Assembly (NCBI RefSeq): GCF_021054785.1
Contig: NZ_CP088239.1
Location: forward strand, 1 to 32,000
Reading direction: 5' to 3'
DNA: 32,000 nucleotides
From: Tannockella kyphosi
GTDB taxonomy: Bacteria; Bacillota_I; Bacilli_A; Erysipelotrichales; Coprobacillaceae
Shown piece by piece: positions 20,896-30,498 of the stretch. Made by a program: the position numbers and the translations under genes. Within the stretch, counting starts at the first letter, position 1. The number at the start of each line of letters is the position of its first letter. The notes below the pieces were generated by a model, which had not been told where the DNA came from, searched no databases, and saw nothing but the letters and a program-made list of their open reading frames with translations.

Positions 20896-21685
20896 TATAA
20901 CATTTGGTAAATACCTTCCAGGTAATTCTTTTATTCATCGACTAGATCCTAGATTAAAACTAATCGTTCTAATGCTCTATTTAGTTACTATATTTTTTAA
21001 TATTGGTTATATTGGTTATGCTTTTTTAGCACTATTTTCAGCTATAGTAATAGGAATATCCAAAATACCATTAAAATTTATCCTAAAAGCAATGAAACCA
21101 ATGTTATTTATGATGGTTTTCCTTTTATTCTTTAATGTCTTATTATTAAAAACAGGAGATTTAGTTATTACAATACTAGGTATTGGAATTTATACAGGAG
21201 CTTTAATTCAAACATCTTATATCGTAATGCGTATTGTTTTAATATTATCCCTCACAACCATACTTACAACTACAACAAAGCCTCTAGAACTAACACTAGC
21301 AATAGAAAGCTTATTTAATCCACTAAAGAGATTTGGTTTTCCTAGCCATGAACTAGCAATGATGATATCAATCGCTTTACGCTTTATACCTGATTTATTA
21401 GAAGAGACCCAACGTATTATGAAAGCACAAGCTAGTAGAGGTGTTGACTTTCAAGAAGGAACACTTAGTGAAAAAATACGTTCTATTGTTTCCTTAATCA
21501 TACCATTATTTTTATCTGCTTTTCAAAGAGCAGAAGACTTAGCGAATGCAATGGAAAGTAGAAACTATAATCCGGAAGCAACACGTACTAGATACAAACA
21601 ACTAACATGGTTAACGAGAGATTCAGTTTTATTATTTTTAAGTACTAGCTACTTTTTATTCTTAATTATTTGGAGGGCCTTTTAA
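20888..21685 (+). CDS. ecfT: ECF transporter transmembrane component T
   Basis: Hydrophobic protein of ~265 aa; MDNITFGKYLPGNSFIHRLDPRLKL is a typical EcfT N-terminus. I prefer the ATG at 20888 over the track GTG at 20879. Confidence 0.9.
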   Translation: MDNITFGKYLPGNSFIHRLDPRLKLIVLMLYLVTIFFNIGYIGYAFLALFSAIVIGISKIPLKFILKAMKPMLFMMVFLLFFNVLLLKTGDLVITILGIGIYTGALIQTSYIVMRIVLILSLTTILTTTTKPLELTLAIESLFNPLKRFGFPSHELAMMISIALRFIPDLLEETQRIMKAQASRGVDFQEGTLSEKIRSIVSLIIPLFLSAFQRAEDLANAMESRNYNPEATRTRYKQLTWLTRDSVLLFLSTSYFLFLIIWRAF

Positions 21686-21687
21686 AT

Positions 21688-22425
21688 ATGAAAAGAGTCA
21701 AATGTATCGTTAGCTATGATGGAAGTAAATTTCATGGGTTTCAAGTACAAGACAAGTATCGTACAATTCAAGGAGAAATTCATAAAGCACTAAAAAATAT
21801 TTGCCAAGAAGAAATCATTATACATGGTTCTGGTAGAACAGATGCAAAAGTTCATGGAACAAAACAAGTATTTCACTTTGATACAAACAAAGACTTTCCA
21901 GAAGAACAATGGAAAAAAGCAATCAATCATTTTCTACCAAACGATATCTATATTATCGATAGCATCTATATTAACGAAGAATTTCATTCTCGTTATAGTG
22001 CTATCAAAAAAGAATATCACTATAAATTATCAATGAATGAATATTCTCCTATTGATACAAACTATATTTATCAATACAATCGTAGCTTAGATATTGATAA
22101 AATGAAAGAAGCAGCAAGCATCTTTATTGGGACACATAACTTTGCATCCTATTGTAGTTATGATCAGTATGGTAACACCATTCGAACACTATATTCTTTA
22201 GAAATAGAAGAAGTAGAAGGAATAGTAACATTCAAACTAATTGGTAATGGTTTTAGACGTTATATGGTACGTCATATCGTTGGTGGCATTATTCAAGTGG
22301 GTGCCAATCGAAAAACAATCGATGATCTTTCTAGAATGTTAGAAAGTGCAGGAAAGGAAAAATGTTTACATAAAGCAAAACCACAAGGCTTATATTTACA
22401 TGAGGTAACTTATGAAGAGAAATAA
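21688..22425 (+). CDS. truA: tRNA pseudouridine(38-40) synthase
   Basis: MKRVKCIVSYDGSKFHGFQVQ and GSGRTDAKVHG (catalytic Asp). The track start is a TTG at 21670 overlapping the SD ggaggg; I prefer the ATG at 21688. Confidence 0.94.
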   Translation: MKRVKCIVSYDGSKFHGFQVQDKYRTIQGEIHKALKNICQEEIIIHGSGRTDAKVHGTKQVFHFDTNKDFPEEQWKKAINHFLPNDIYIIDSIYINEEFHSRYSAIKKEYHYKLSMNEYSPIDTNYIYQYNRSLDIDKMKEAASIFIGTHNFASYCSYDQYGNTIRTLYSLEIEEVEGIVTFKLIGNGFRRYMVRHIVGGIIQVGANRKTIDDLSRMLESAGKEKCLHKAKPQGLYLHEVTYEEK

Positions 22426-23296
22426 CTTTCATACCCACGTATTCCGTTGCGGACATGCGGTTGGAGATGAAGAGAGAATGGTACAAGCAGCTATTGAAAA
22501 TGGCTTAGTCGAATTAGGATTTAGCTGTCATATTCCAATGCCAAGATATCGTAGGCACCTTTTAAAAGGAACAATAGAAGAAAGAAGCATTAACAATATT
22601 CCTTCCTTTATTCGTAAATTAATATTAGGTGGACCAAATATGCGTATGCCCTATTCCCAACGTCACATTCACTTAAAAGAAGTTCAAAGAGTAAAAGAAA
22701 AATACAAAGATGAAATACAAATATTCCAAGGCTTTGAAGCAGAATATTTTGAAGACTATCAAGACTATTATCAAGAACTATTAGATAGCAATACTGTTGA
22801 ATACTTGATTTTAGGACATCACTTTGATCGTTCTTCCATTAATGAAAGATACTATGGTAGAGCTATCTTAGAAGATAAAGATGTATTAAAATACGCATCA
22901 CAAGTAGTTCAAGCATTAGAAACAAACTTATATTCTTATGTTTGTCATCCAGACTTATTTATGATAGGAAAACGAACTTGGTCTCCAGCATGTCAGGAGG
23001 CTACGACACAAATCTGTAAAAAAGCCAAAGAACTATCCATCCCATTAGAATTAAATTCAGGAGGGATTCGTAGAGGCTTACGAGAAATAGAGGGAGTCGT
23101 TAATTATCCTTATCCTTATGATGAATTTTGGAAAATAGCTAGTGAAATAGGGAATGATGTAGTATTAGGAATTGATGCTCATTTTCCTAATAATTTTAAA
23201 GAAGAAAATTATCAAAATTTAGAATTGTTTGCAAAAAGATTCTCACTACATGTTATTGAAAATTTTACTTTTAGAAAAGGAAAATCTAACAAATAA
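22412..23296 (+). CDS. PHP-domain phosphoesterase, HisJ/histidinol-phosphatase family
   Basis: 294 aa; N-terminal FHTHVFRCGHA metal-binding motif, then LGFSCHIP, ILGHHFD, VCHPD and GIDAH, spaced as in HisJ-family PHP proteins. Overlaps truA by 14 nt. Confidence 0.7.
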   Translation: MKRNNFHTHVFRCGHAVGDEERMVQAAIENGLVELGFSCHIPMPRYRRHLLKGTIEERSINNIPSFIRKLILGGPNMRMPYSQRHIHLKEVQRVKEKYKDEIQIFQGFEAEYFEDYQDYYQELLDSNTVEYLILGHHFDRSSINERYYGRAILEDKDVLKYASQVVQALETNLYSYVCHPDLFMIGKRTWSPACQEATTQICKKAKELSIPLELNSGGIRRGLREIEGVVNYPYPYDEFWKIASEIGNDVVLGIDAHFPNNFKEENYQNLELFAKRFSLHVIENFTFRKGKSNK

Positions 23297-23310
23297 GTTA
23301 GATTTTTTTC
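23282..23310 (+). terminator. rho-independent terminator ending the ecf-truA-PHP unit
   Basis: Stem aaatctaac / gttagattt with loop aaataa (which contains the stop codon), followed by a T-run to 23309. Confidence 0.7.
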
Positions 23311-23376
23311 ATTTTAAAGGATATCTATTTTAAAAAGAGATAGAAGGTGGTAAAATGGAAAAAAGGAAGTGATAAA

Positions 23377-24567
23377 ATGGTTAAAACAAAAATAAAAGAT
23401 TACTTAACAAAAAATAAAAGTTCTTACATAGGACACTATCGATTACACGGTAGTGTAAAAACAAATGCTTTTGAATATAAATTTAGATACTATACAAGAG
23501 ATCAACAATTTCGTGAAATATCAGTTTATCTAACCATTGATTGCTCAAACGATGAAATCAATCATACATTCTCCGTCCGTTTAAATAACGAAGAAGAAAA
23601 GTATATATTAAAAGACGCCTTAGAAACAATTTGTTTATTTGAAGATCATAAAACTATTTTACATTCTCATATTTTAGAAGTATATATACGTTCAAAAAGT
23701 GAATTACAATTCTTAGAACCGCAAGATTACCGAAATATTTTAGATTATCTAGAGTATCATAAAGGAGTCAATGAAGAAGTAATTGAAGAATTTTATGGTT
23801 TCTTTATGCCTTACATCCGTTATTTATTAAAAATAGGAAGCTATCACAAACTATTTGGTTCAATGGAATTATTATTAGATCGTATTGTTTACGAATATGA
23901 ATGGGATGGTGCATCCTCAAAATTCTTAGATCGCCAATATCAACTTCATATGCCATATATTTATCAAATACTAAAGTCACTTATTGAAAAACTAGATGAT
24001 TTAAAGAAATCAAATAGTGAAGAGTTAGTGGAATTATTTCAACATATTTTCAGCTGTGAAAGATTCTCACTACTGTTAGTAACTAACTATCAATTACCAG
24101 AAGACTTGGATAAAAGATTTTTAGAATTCTTTGGACAAGCACTAGAATCATTACAAAATCAAAAATCTTTAGCAGTTCGTTATGTTTTATCAATGTATCA
24201 AGAAGAAGATAACCAAGAAGTAGCATTTGATATATTACGATTTGTTATGGAAGATATCTTAGTCTTTGCGAATCATCAAGTAGAAAGAAGTATTGGAGAT
24301 AGGATTATTGAAGAAAAAGGATATAACTTTATTATTCGTCTCTTTACAAGAGACTATAATACCTTTGTATTTGTATGTTTCCCAATTTCTTCCTTCCCTG
24401 AAAAATATCACACCATTATTCGTTTAGAATTAGAAACAGCTATCCGTTATTATGCTGCCAGAATGGATCATGATCGTTATCGTCTTAGTTCCTTTGAACA
24501 AGTAGCAAACATTAATCGATTATTACTAGAAAACTATAAGGAGTATTATAAAAATGGAAAAGAATAA
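23377..24567 (+). CDS. hypothetical protein, no family recognised (predicted cytoplasmic, mostly helical)
   Basis: 396 aa from the ATG at 23377, which sits 7 nt after a near-consensus SD aaaggaagtgat. The track GTG at 23347 lies inside another SD-like motif. I could not identify any motif. Confidence 0.7.
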   Translation: MVKTKIKDYLTKNKSSYIGHYRLHGSVKTNAFEYKFRYYTRDQQFREISVYLTIDCSNDEINHTFSVRLNNEEEKYILKDALETICLFEDHKTILHSHILEVYIRSKSELQFLEPQDYRNILDYLEYHKGVNEEVIEEFYGFFMPYIRYLLKIGSYHKLFGSMELLLDRIVYEYEWDGASSKFLDRQYQLHMPYIYQILKSLIEKLDDLKKSNSEELVELFQHIFSCERFSLLLVTNYQLPEDLDKRFLEFFGQALESLQNQKSLAVRYVLSMYQEEDNQEVAFDILRFVMEDILVFANHQVERSIGDRIIEEKGYNFIIRLFTRDYNTFVFVCFPISSFPEKYHTIIRLELETAIRYYAARMDHDRYRLSSFEQVANINRLLLENYKEYYKNGKE

Positions 24568-25459
24568 AAAAATAATTGCCGGTATTACAACAGCATCATT
24601 ACTAGCAGTAGGTGGAACTTATGCATATAGTACATTTGTAGACCAAGCAACAAAGAAAATACTATATCGTCATCATCGAGATGACGATACAAATCAACGT
24701 CTAGAAATAGATTTTGGTGCGAAAACATTCTATATTAAAAACAATATGTCTATTCGTTTACGTGGATTATTGATTGAAGAAAAAGAAGCAACGAAAACAT
24801 TATTAGTATTACATCCTTTTGGCTTAGATGCAAAAAGTATGGCAATGTATGTCCCATTCTTTAAAAACAAATTACCAGGATGTAATATCTTAATGGTAGA
24901 TAGCCGTGCGCATGGACAAAGTGATGGTTACATTCGTGGCTTAGGTGTCAATGATGTAGATGATTTAGTAGTTTGGAATGAATATATCCTAAATACCTTT
25001 GGAAAAGATCATCAAATCATTTTATACGGAAAAGAAGTAGGAGCTGCAACTATTTTACTTGCTTCTTCTAGACAACTATTAAAGAATGTAGTAGCGATTA
25101 TTAGTGATGGATGCTTTACAAGTGGCTATGATTTAATTTCATATCGTATCGAAAAAGACTATAAAATGCCTGCATTCCCATGTACTCGTCTAATCCGTCG
25201 TAAAATTCAAAGACAAGCAAAAATAAATATCAAAGAAAATATCCCAGAATATGTAAAACATAACGACATACCAACCATTTATTTCCATTCTTTCCATGAT
25301 GAATTTGTACCTTTAGAATATGTTTATCCACTATATAACGCAAATCGAGGAGAAAAAGTATTATTTGTTGTAAAAGAAGAAAGATACTTATGTGATGTTA
25401 TGGAAACAAATGACTTTAAGAGTACGTTTGAACAATTCTTAAGCCAATATGTAAAATAG
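24554..25459 (+). CDS. membrane-anchored alpha/beta-hydrolase-fold protein, probably catalytically inactive
   Basis: 301 aa; N-terminal TM helix IIAGITTASLLAVGGTYAY. DSRAHGQSDG, IISDGCFTS, MPAFP and HDEFVP blocks match the YqkD-like alpha/beta-hydrolase family as I recall it. The nucleophile elbow reads GKEVG rather than GxSxG. Overlaps the upstream ORF by 14 nt. Confidence 0.75.
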   Translation: MEKNKKIIAGITTASLLAVGGTYAYSTFVDQATKKILYRHHRDDDTNQRLEIDFGAKTFYIKNNMSIRLRGLLIEEKEATKTLLVLHPFGLDAKSMAMYVPFFKNKLPGCNILMVDSRAHGQSDGYIRGLGVNDVDDLVVWNEYILNTFGKDHQIILYGKEVGAATILLASSRQLLKNVVAIISDGCFTSGYDLISYRIEKDYKMPAFPCTRLIRRKIQRQAKINIKENIPEYVKHNDIPTIYFHSFHDEFVPLEYVYPLYNANRGEKVLFVVKEERYLCDVMETNDFKSTFEQFLSQYVK

Positions 25460-25510
25460 AAATAAGTCTTTTAAAAAAAGAATCAAAAGCAACAAAAATA
25501 GAAGCTTGAA

Positions 25511-25545
25511 AATAGAACGGGGATCATTTCCCCGCTCTATTTTTA
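25511..25545 (+). terminator. rho-independent terminator
   Basis: Stem atagaacgggga / tccccgctctat (one A-C mismatch), loop tcatt, then TTTT. Confidence 0.8.
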
Positions 25546-25835
25546 AAGCTAATACAAACATAAATTATAGTTTTTCAGATTTTTTGTAGGGCCCCTAGGA
25601 GATCCTACTCTTTTTATTTTGGTAAAATATTTACTTATAATATATGTTTAGTATAAGTTTTGAAAGCAGATGAACTCTTTGTAAATAACTTAATCCATAT
25701 TCATTGCTGATGACTTTTGAATCACCCCACGCTAGATAAATACTCCAACTTATATTTAAAGTCCAGGTCCTTCCTTTCGATAATTTAGTTAGGATATTAC
25801 TTTTTTTTATTTTGAAAAAAACAATAAAATATATA

Positions 25836-25844
25836 TGTTATAAT
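25836..25844 (+). promoter_or_regulatory. extended -10 promoter element upstream of the GH1 gene
   Basis: TGtTATAAT at 25836-25844. The only -35-like hexamer, TTGAAA (25812-25817), is 21 nt away. Confidence 0.5.
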
Positions 25845-25852
25845 TATTTTAG

Positions 25853-27322
<1,470 letters not shown>

Positions 27323-27325
27323 AAA

Positions 27326-27355
27326 ATAGATTGCTTAGTGCAATCTATTTTTTTC
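27326..27355 (+). terminator. rho-independent terminator after the GH1 gene
   Basis: Stem atagattgc / gcaatctat, loop ttagt, T7 run. Confidence 0.85.
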
Positions 27356-27463
27356 TTATTTTTTAAAGGAAAAGAAAAATAGTAGTAAAAAGACAATTAT
27401 TTTTTGTGAAGAAGAGGTTTTTATTTGAAATAAAAACGTGTATAATAGAAAAAAGGAGTCGTC

Positions 27464-28294
27464 ATGAAAAAAGAATTATACGAAGAATTTGATATTTTAT
27501 ATAACTTAATTACTTATGTCAATACATCATATAGTCAAGATATGTATTATAGTATTTGTTATCATATCTTACAAAATATAGAAGAAATACCAAGCATTAA
27601 TATTAACGAATTAGCAGAGATGTGTTATACATCACCAGCGACTATTTCAAGATTTTGTAAGGCATTGAAATGTGAAAACTTTGCACAATTCAAACAACAA
27701 GTACGAGCAGGATTAAAAATAGCCACTCAAGAAATACGTTTACCCGCAGAAGATTTGGTAAATATTCATATGGATTCCAATAACTGTGTAGACTTAGTAT
27801 ATGATTTAGCAATTCAATCATTACAAGAAAGTAAAGAAAATATATCGATTCATCAAATAGACCAACTATGTGATATTATTTATGAATCAAAGAAGTTACA
27901 CTTCTTTGGATTTCAATTTAATAAAATATTGGCTTCTGATATTCAATTAAAACTATTAAAATTAGGGAAATTTTCTTATGCTTTTAGTGATCGAGGAGAC
28001 GATAGTCAACGTTTAGAATTATTAGATGAAACAAGTGTTGCTATTGTAATAAGCGCTAGAGCTAGAAATAATCCAATCGGGCATCTTATTGCTGCTATTA
28101 AAGCAAGAGGAGCTACTGTTATTTTAATAACATTGAATAAAGAGACACCTTTGATAGAAGAATGTGATAAAGCGTTTATTGTTCATGGCTATGAAAGCAC
28201 GTTTAGTGAATCATCAACAGTAGGAACAACAACGTTAAAAACGTACATGGATTTATTATATGTACGATATGGGATACTATATCCAAGAAGATAG
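27464..28294 (+). CDS. MurR/RpiR-family transcriptional regulator (HTH + SIS domain)
   Basis: 276 aa; N-terminal HTH INELAEMCYTSPATISRFCKALKCENFAQFK; C-terminal SIS-like half. Confidence 0.85.
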   Translation: MKKELYEEFDILYNLITYVNTSYSQDMYYSICYHILQNIEEIPSININELAEMCYTSPATISRFCKALKCENFAQFKQQVRAGLKIATQEIRLPAEDLVNIHMDSNNCVDLVYDLAIQSLQESKENISIHQIDQLCDIIYESKKLHFFGFQFNKILASDIQLKLLKLGKFSYAFSDRGDDSQRLELLDETSVAIVISARARNNPIGHLIAAIKARGATVILITLNKETPLIEECDKAFIVHGYESTFSESSTVGTTTLKTYMDLLYVRYGILYPRR

Positions 28295-28304
28295 GAGGAG
28301 AGAA

Positions 28305-29315
28305 ATGTACAGTTTTACAAATGATTATAGTGAGGGAGCACATCCTAGAATATTAGAAGCATTGGTCCAAACAAACAACCAACAAACAGCAGGGTATGGT
28401 ACGGATCAATATTGCAAAGCAGCATCCGATAAGTTAAAAGAACTTATTGATAAACAAGATGTTGATGTTCATTTTATTCCAGGAGGAACACACACGAATT
28501 TGATTTTAATCTCATCGGCTTTAAAAGCACACCAAGCAGTCATGGCGGTAGATAGTGGACATATTTTTGTTCATGAAACTGGAGCAATTGAAGCAACAGG
28601 CCATAAGGTGTTAACAAGACCACACAATAATGGGAAATTGAGTCTAGAGATGATTGAATCTATGATGGCAGAACATACTGACGAACATATGGTTCAACCC
28701 AAAATGGTGTATATCTCACAAACAACAGAATTTGGAACTGTTTATACACTACAAGAGATAAAAGAAATATCTGCATACTGTAAAGAACATGATCTATTTT
28801 TCTTTATAGATGGAGCAAGATTAGGAAGTGCCCTAGTCGTTGAGGGAGCACCAAGTTTAAAAGAGATGGCAATGTATAGTGATGCTTTCTATATTGGTGG
28901 TACTAAAATGGGAGCTCTATTTGGAGAATGTTTAGTACTAGTAAATGACGAATTAAAAAAAGACTTCCGCTATCACATCAAACAAAAAGGAGCGATGTTT
29001 GCAAAAGGGAGACTTCTAGGAGTACAATTTTTAACTTTATTTAATGATGATTTATACTTTGAAATTGGAAAATACGAAAATAACGTTGCAAAAATATTAA
29101 GAGACGGATTAGTTAATGCCGGATATTCTTTCTATGTTGATTCTCCAAGTAATCAACTATTTCCAATTTTACCAAATCAACTGATAAAAAAATTAGAAAG
29201 TGAATTTAGTTTCAACATAATGGATAAAATAGATGAGAATCATACAGTGATTCGTCTAGTAACTTCATTTGCTACACCAGCAAGTAAAGCCCATCAATTT
29301 GTAGAACTATTATAG
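28305..29315 (+). CDS. PLP-dependent threonine-aldolase-like enzyme (beta-eliminating lyase fold)
   Basis: Start at the ATG 28305 behind the SD aggaggag (MYSFTNDYSEGAHPRILEAL). GYGTDQY, PGGTHTNL, YISQTTEFGTVY, FIDGARL and IGGTKMG (putative PLP lysine). Confidence 0.7.
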   Translation: MYSFTNDYSEGAHPRILEALVQTNNQQTAGYGTDQYCKAASDKLKELIDKQDVDVHFIPGGTHTNLILISSALKAHQAVMAVDSGHIFVHETGAIEATGHKVLTRPHNNGKLSLEMIESMMAEHTDEHMVQPKMVYISQTTEFGTVYTLQEIKEISAYCKEHDLFFFIDGARLGSALVVEGAPSLKEMAMYSDAFYIGGTKMGALFGECLVLVNDELKKDFRYHIKQKGAMFAKGRLLGVQFLTLFNDDLYFEIGKYENNVAKILRDGLVNAGYSFYVDSPSNQLFPILPNQLIKKLESEFSFNIMDKIDENHTVIRLVTSFATPASKAHQFVELL

Positions 29316-29329
29316 AAGAGGTGAAAACG

Positions 29330-29608
29330 ATGAATAAACAAGCAATAATTGATGCAATTGCACAAGACACGAATTTTAAAAAAGTAGATATTGAAGAAAT
29401 GATACATTCTTTGGTATCGAATGTAACAGAAGCCTTAATGGATGATGAAAAAGTAATCATTAAGGGAATTGGTACATTTGAAACAAGACAACGAAATGCT
29501 CGTTCAGGACGTAATCCTAAAACTGGAGAAATCCTAGAAGTAGAAGCAAGTAAAACAGTCGGTTTTAAACCAAGTGCCACATTAAAAGATAAATTAAACG
29601 AAAAATAA
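29330..29608 (+). CDS. hup: DNA-binding protein HU
   Basis: 92 aa from the ATG at 29330 (the track GTG at 29321 is inside the SD gaggtg). MNKQAIIDAIA and GIGTFETRQRNARSGRNPKTGE. Confidence 0.95.
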   Translation: MNKQAIIDAIAQDTNFKKVDIEEMIHSLVSNVTEALMDDEKVIIKGIGTFETRQRNARSGRNPKTGEILEVEASKTVGFKPSATLKDKLNEK

Positions 29609-29650
29609 AAAAGATGTTTTCTACCTTTGTAGAAACATCTCTTTTTTTTA
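29601..29650. terminator. bidirectional rho-independent terminator shared by hup (+) and pduL (-)
   Basis: Stem agatgttttctac / gtagaaacatct (one bulged T), loop cttt; flanked by an A-run (29601-29612) and a T8 run (29642-29649). Confidence 0.85.
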
Positions 29651-30220
29651 TTTTATGATTGTTCCAGTTAATGGTCCACCACCAACCGCATTTGATTCAT
29701 CTGTATCAATATGCATTGCAGTAGCAAACTTATCACTAACACGGCAAACAACATCACCGAATACTAATGAACGATCACTAGTATCAATTTTAACACTTAC
29801 GATTTCTTTGTTTTCCACACCAAATGTTGCAGCATCCGCTTCTGTTAAATGGATATGTCTTTTTGCAGCAATAACCCCTTCAGCTAATTCATAATTACCA
29901 TAAGGACCAACCAAAGTACAACCAGCACTTCCAGCAACATCTCCAGATTCACGAATTGGTGCTTTCACACCAGCAACTCTAGCATCACTTAAAGATAACT
30001 CTACTTGACTATTAGGACGAGCAGGACCAAGAATGATTACATTTTTGATTTCCCCTTTAGGACCTAAAACGCCAACACGTTGATCACTTGCGAACTCACC
30101 GGGCTGTGATAATTCTTTTTTAACAGTTAATGAAAATCCTGGACCAAATAAAGCATCAATTGCTTCTTGGTTTAAATGCACATGTCTTGCAGATGTTTCT
30201 ACTAATATATTTGAACTCAT
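29648..30220 (-). CDS. pduL: PduL-type phosphate acyl(propanoyl/acetyl)transferase
   Basis: 190 aa from MSSNILVETSARHVHL behind the SD aaaggagat. Two PduL/PTAC repeats (SARHVHL and AKRHIHL); MHIDTDESNA. The 31 upstream codons in the ORF track are AT-rich promoter read-through. Confidence 0.85.
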   Translation of the reverse strand: MSSNILVETSARHVHLNQEAIDALFGPGFSLTVKKELSQPGEFASDQRVGVLGPKGEIKNVIILGPARPNSQVELSLSDARVAGVKAPIRESGDVAGSAGCTLVGPYGNYELAEGVIAAKRHIHLTEADAATFGVENKEIVSVKIDTSDRSLVFGDVVCRVSDKFATAMHIDTDESNAVGGGPLTGTIIK

Positions 30221-30251
30221 TTTTATATCTCCTTTATATACCTTCACGTAT

Positions 30252-30279
30252 ATAATACGCTTTTTCTCTTTTTTTTCAA
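30252..30279 (-). promoter_or_regulatory. putative sigma-A promoter for pduL
   Basis: On the minus strand: TTGAAA (30279-30274), 16-nt spacer, TATTAT (30257-30252). Confidence 0.45.
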
Positions 30280-30439
30280 GTTTTATGAAAAAAAAATAAA
30301 AATATTTTATCATTGTTATAACAAAAATTTATTATTTTAGTAAAAACCTATTACAAAAAGTCCTTTTTAAGAGCTTTTTCATGCTTTTTTGACGTATATT
30401 CCATATATATTTAGGGATAATACAAATATAGCACATATC

Positions 30440-30468
30440 TTTACATAATTTCCGAATTATAGTATTAT
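30440..30468 (+). promoter_or_regulatory. putative sigma-A promoter for gltB
   Basis: TTTACA (30440-30445), 17-nt spacer, TATTAT (30463-30468); SD aaggaggg at 30484-30491. Confidence 0.4.
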
Positions 30469-30498
30469 TACAATACTTAAAATAAGGAGGGATATACA

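Noticed and set aside
21824-22036. 70-aa + strand ORF in an alternative frame
   Set aside because: It is nested inside truA and is a Lys/Asn/Ile-rich AT-driven frame.
29272-29580. 102-aa minus-strand ORF
   Set aside because: It is antisense to the clearly recognisable hup gene and lacks an SD.
30221-30313. 31-codon N-terminal extension of pduL in the ORF track (MIKYFYFFFIKLEKKEKK...)
   Set aside because: This is a poly-Phe/Lys translation of A/T tracts that contain the predicted promoter. A strong SD (aaaggagat) precedes the internal ATG at 30220, which begins exactly at the conserved PduL repeat.
30313-30324. Possible TnrA/GlnR box upstream of gltB
   Set aside because: The TnrA/GlnR consensus is TGTNA-N7-TNACA (17 bp). 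The palindrome here has abutting half-sites with no N7 spacer, so it is not a TnrA-type site. It is kept only as a generic palindrome finding.
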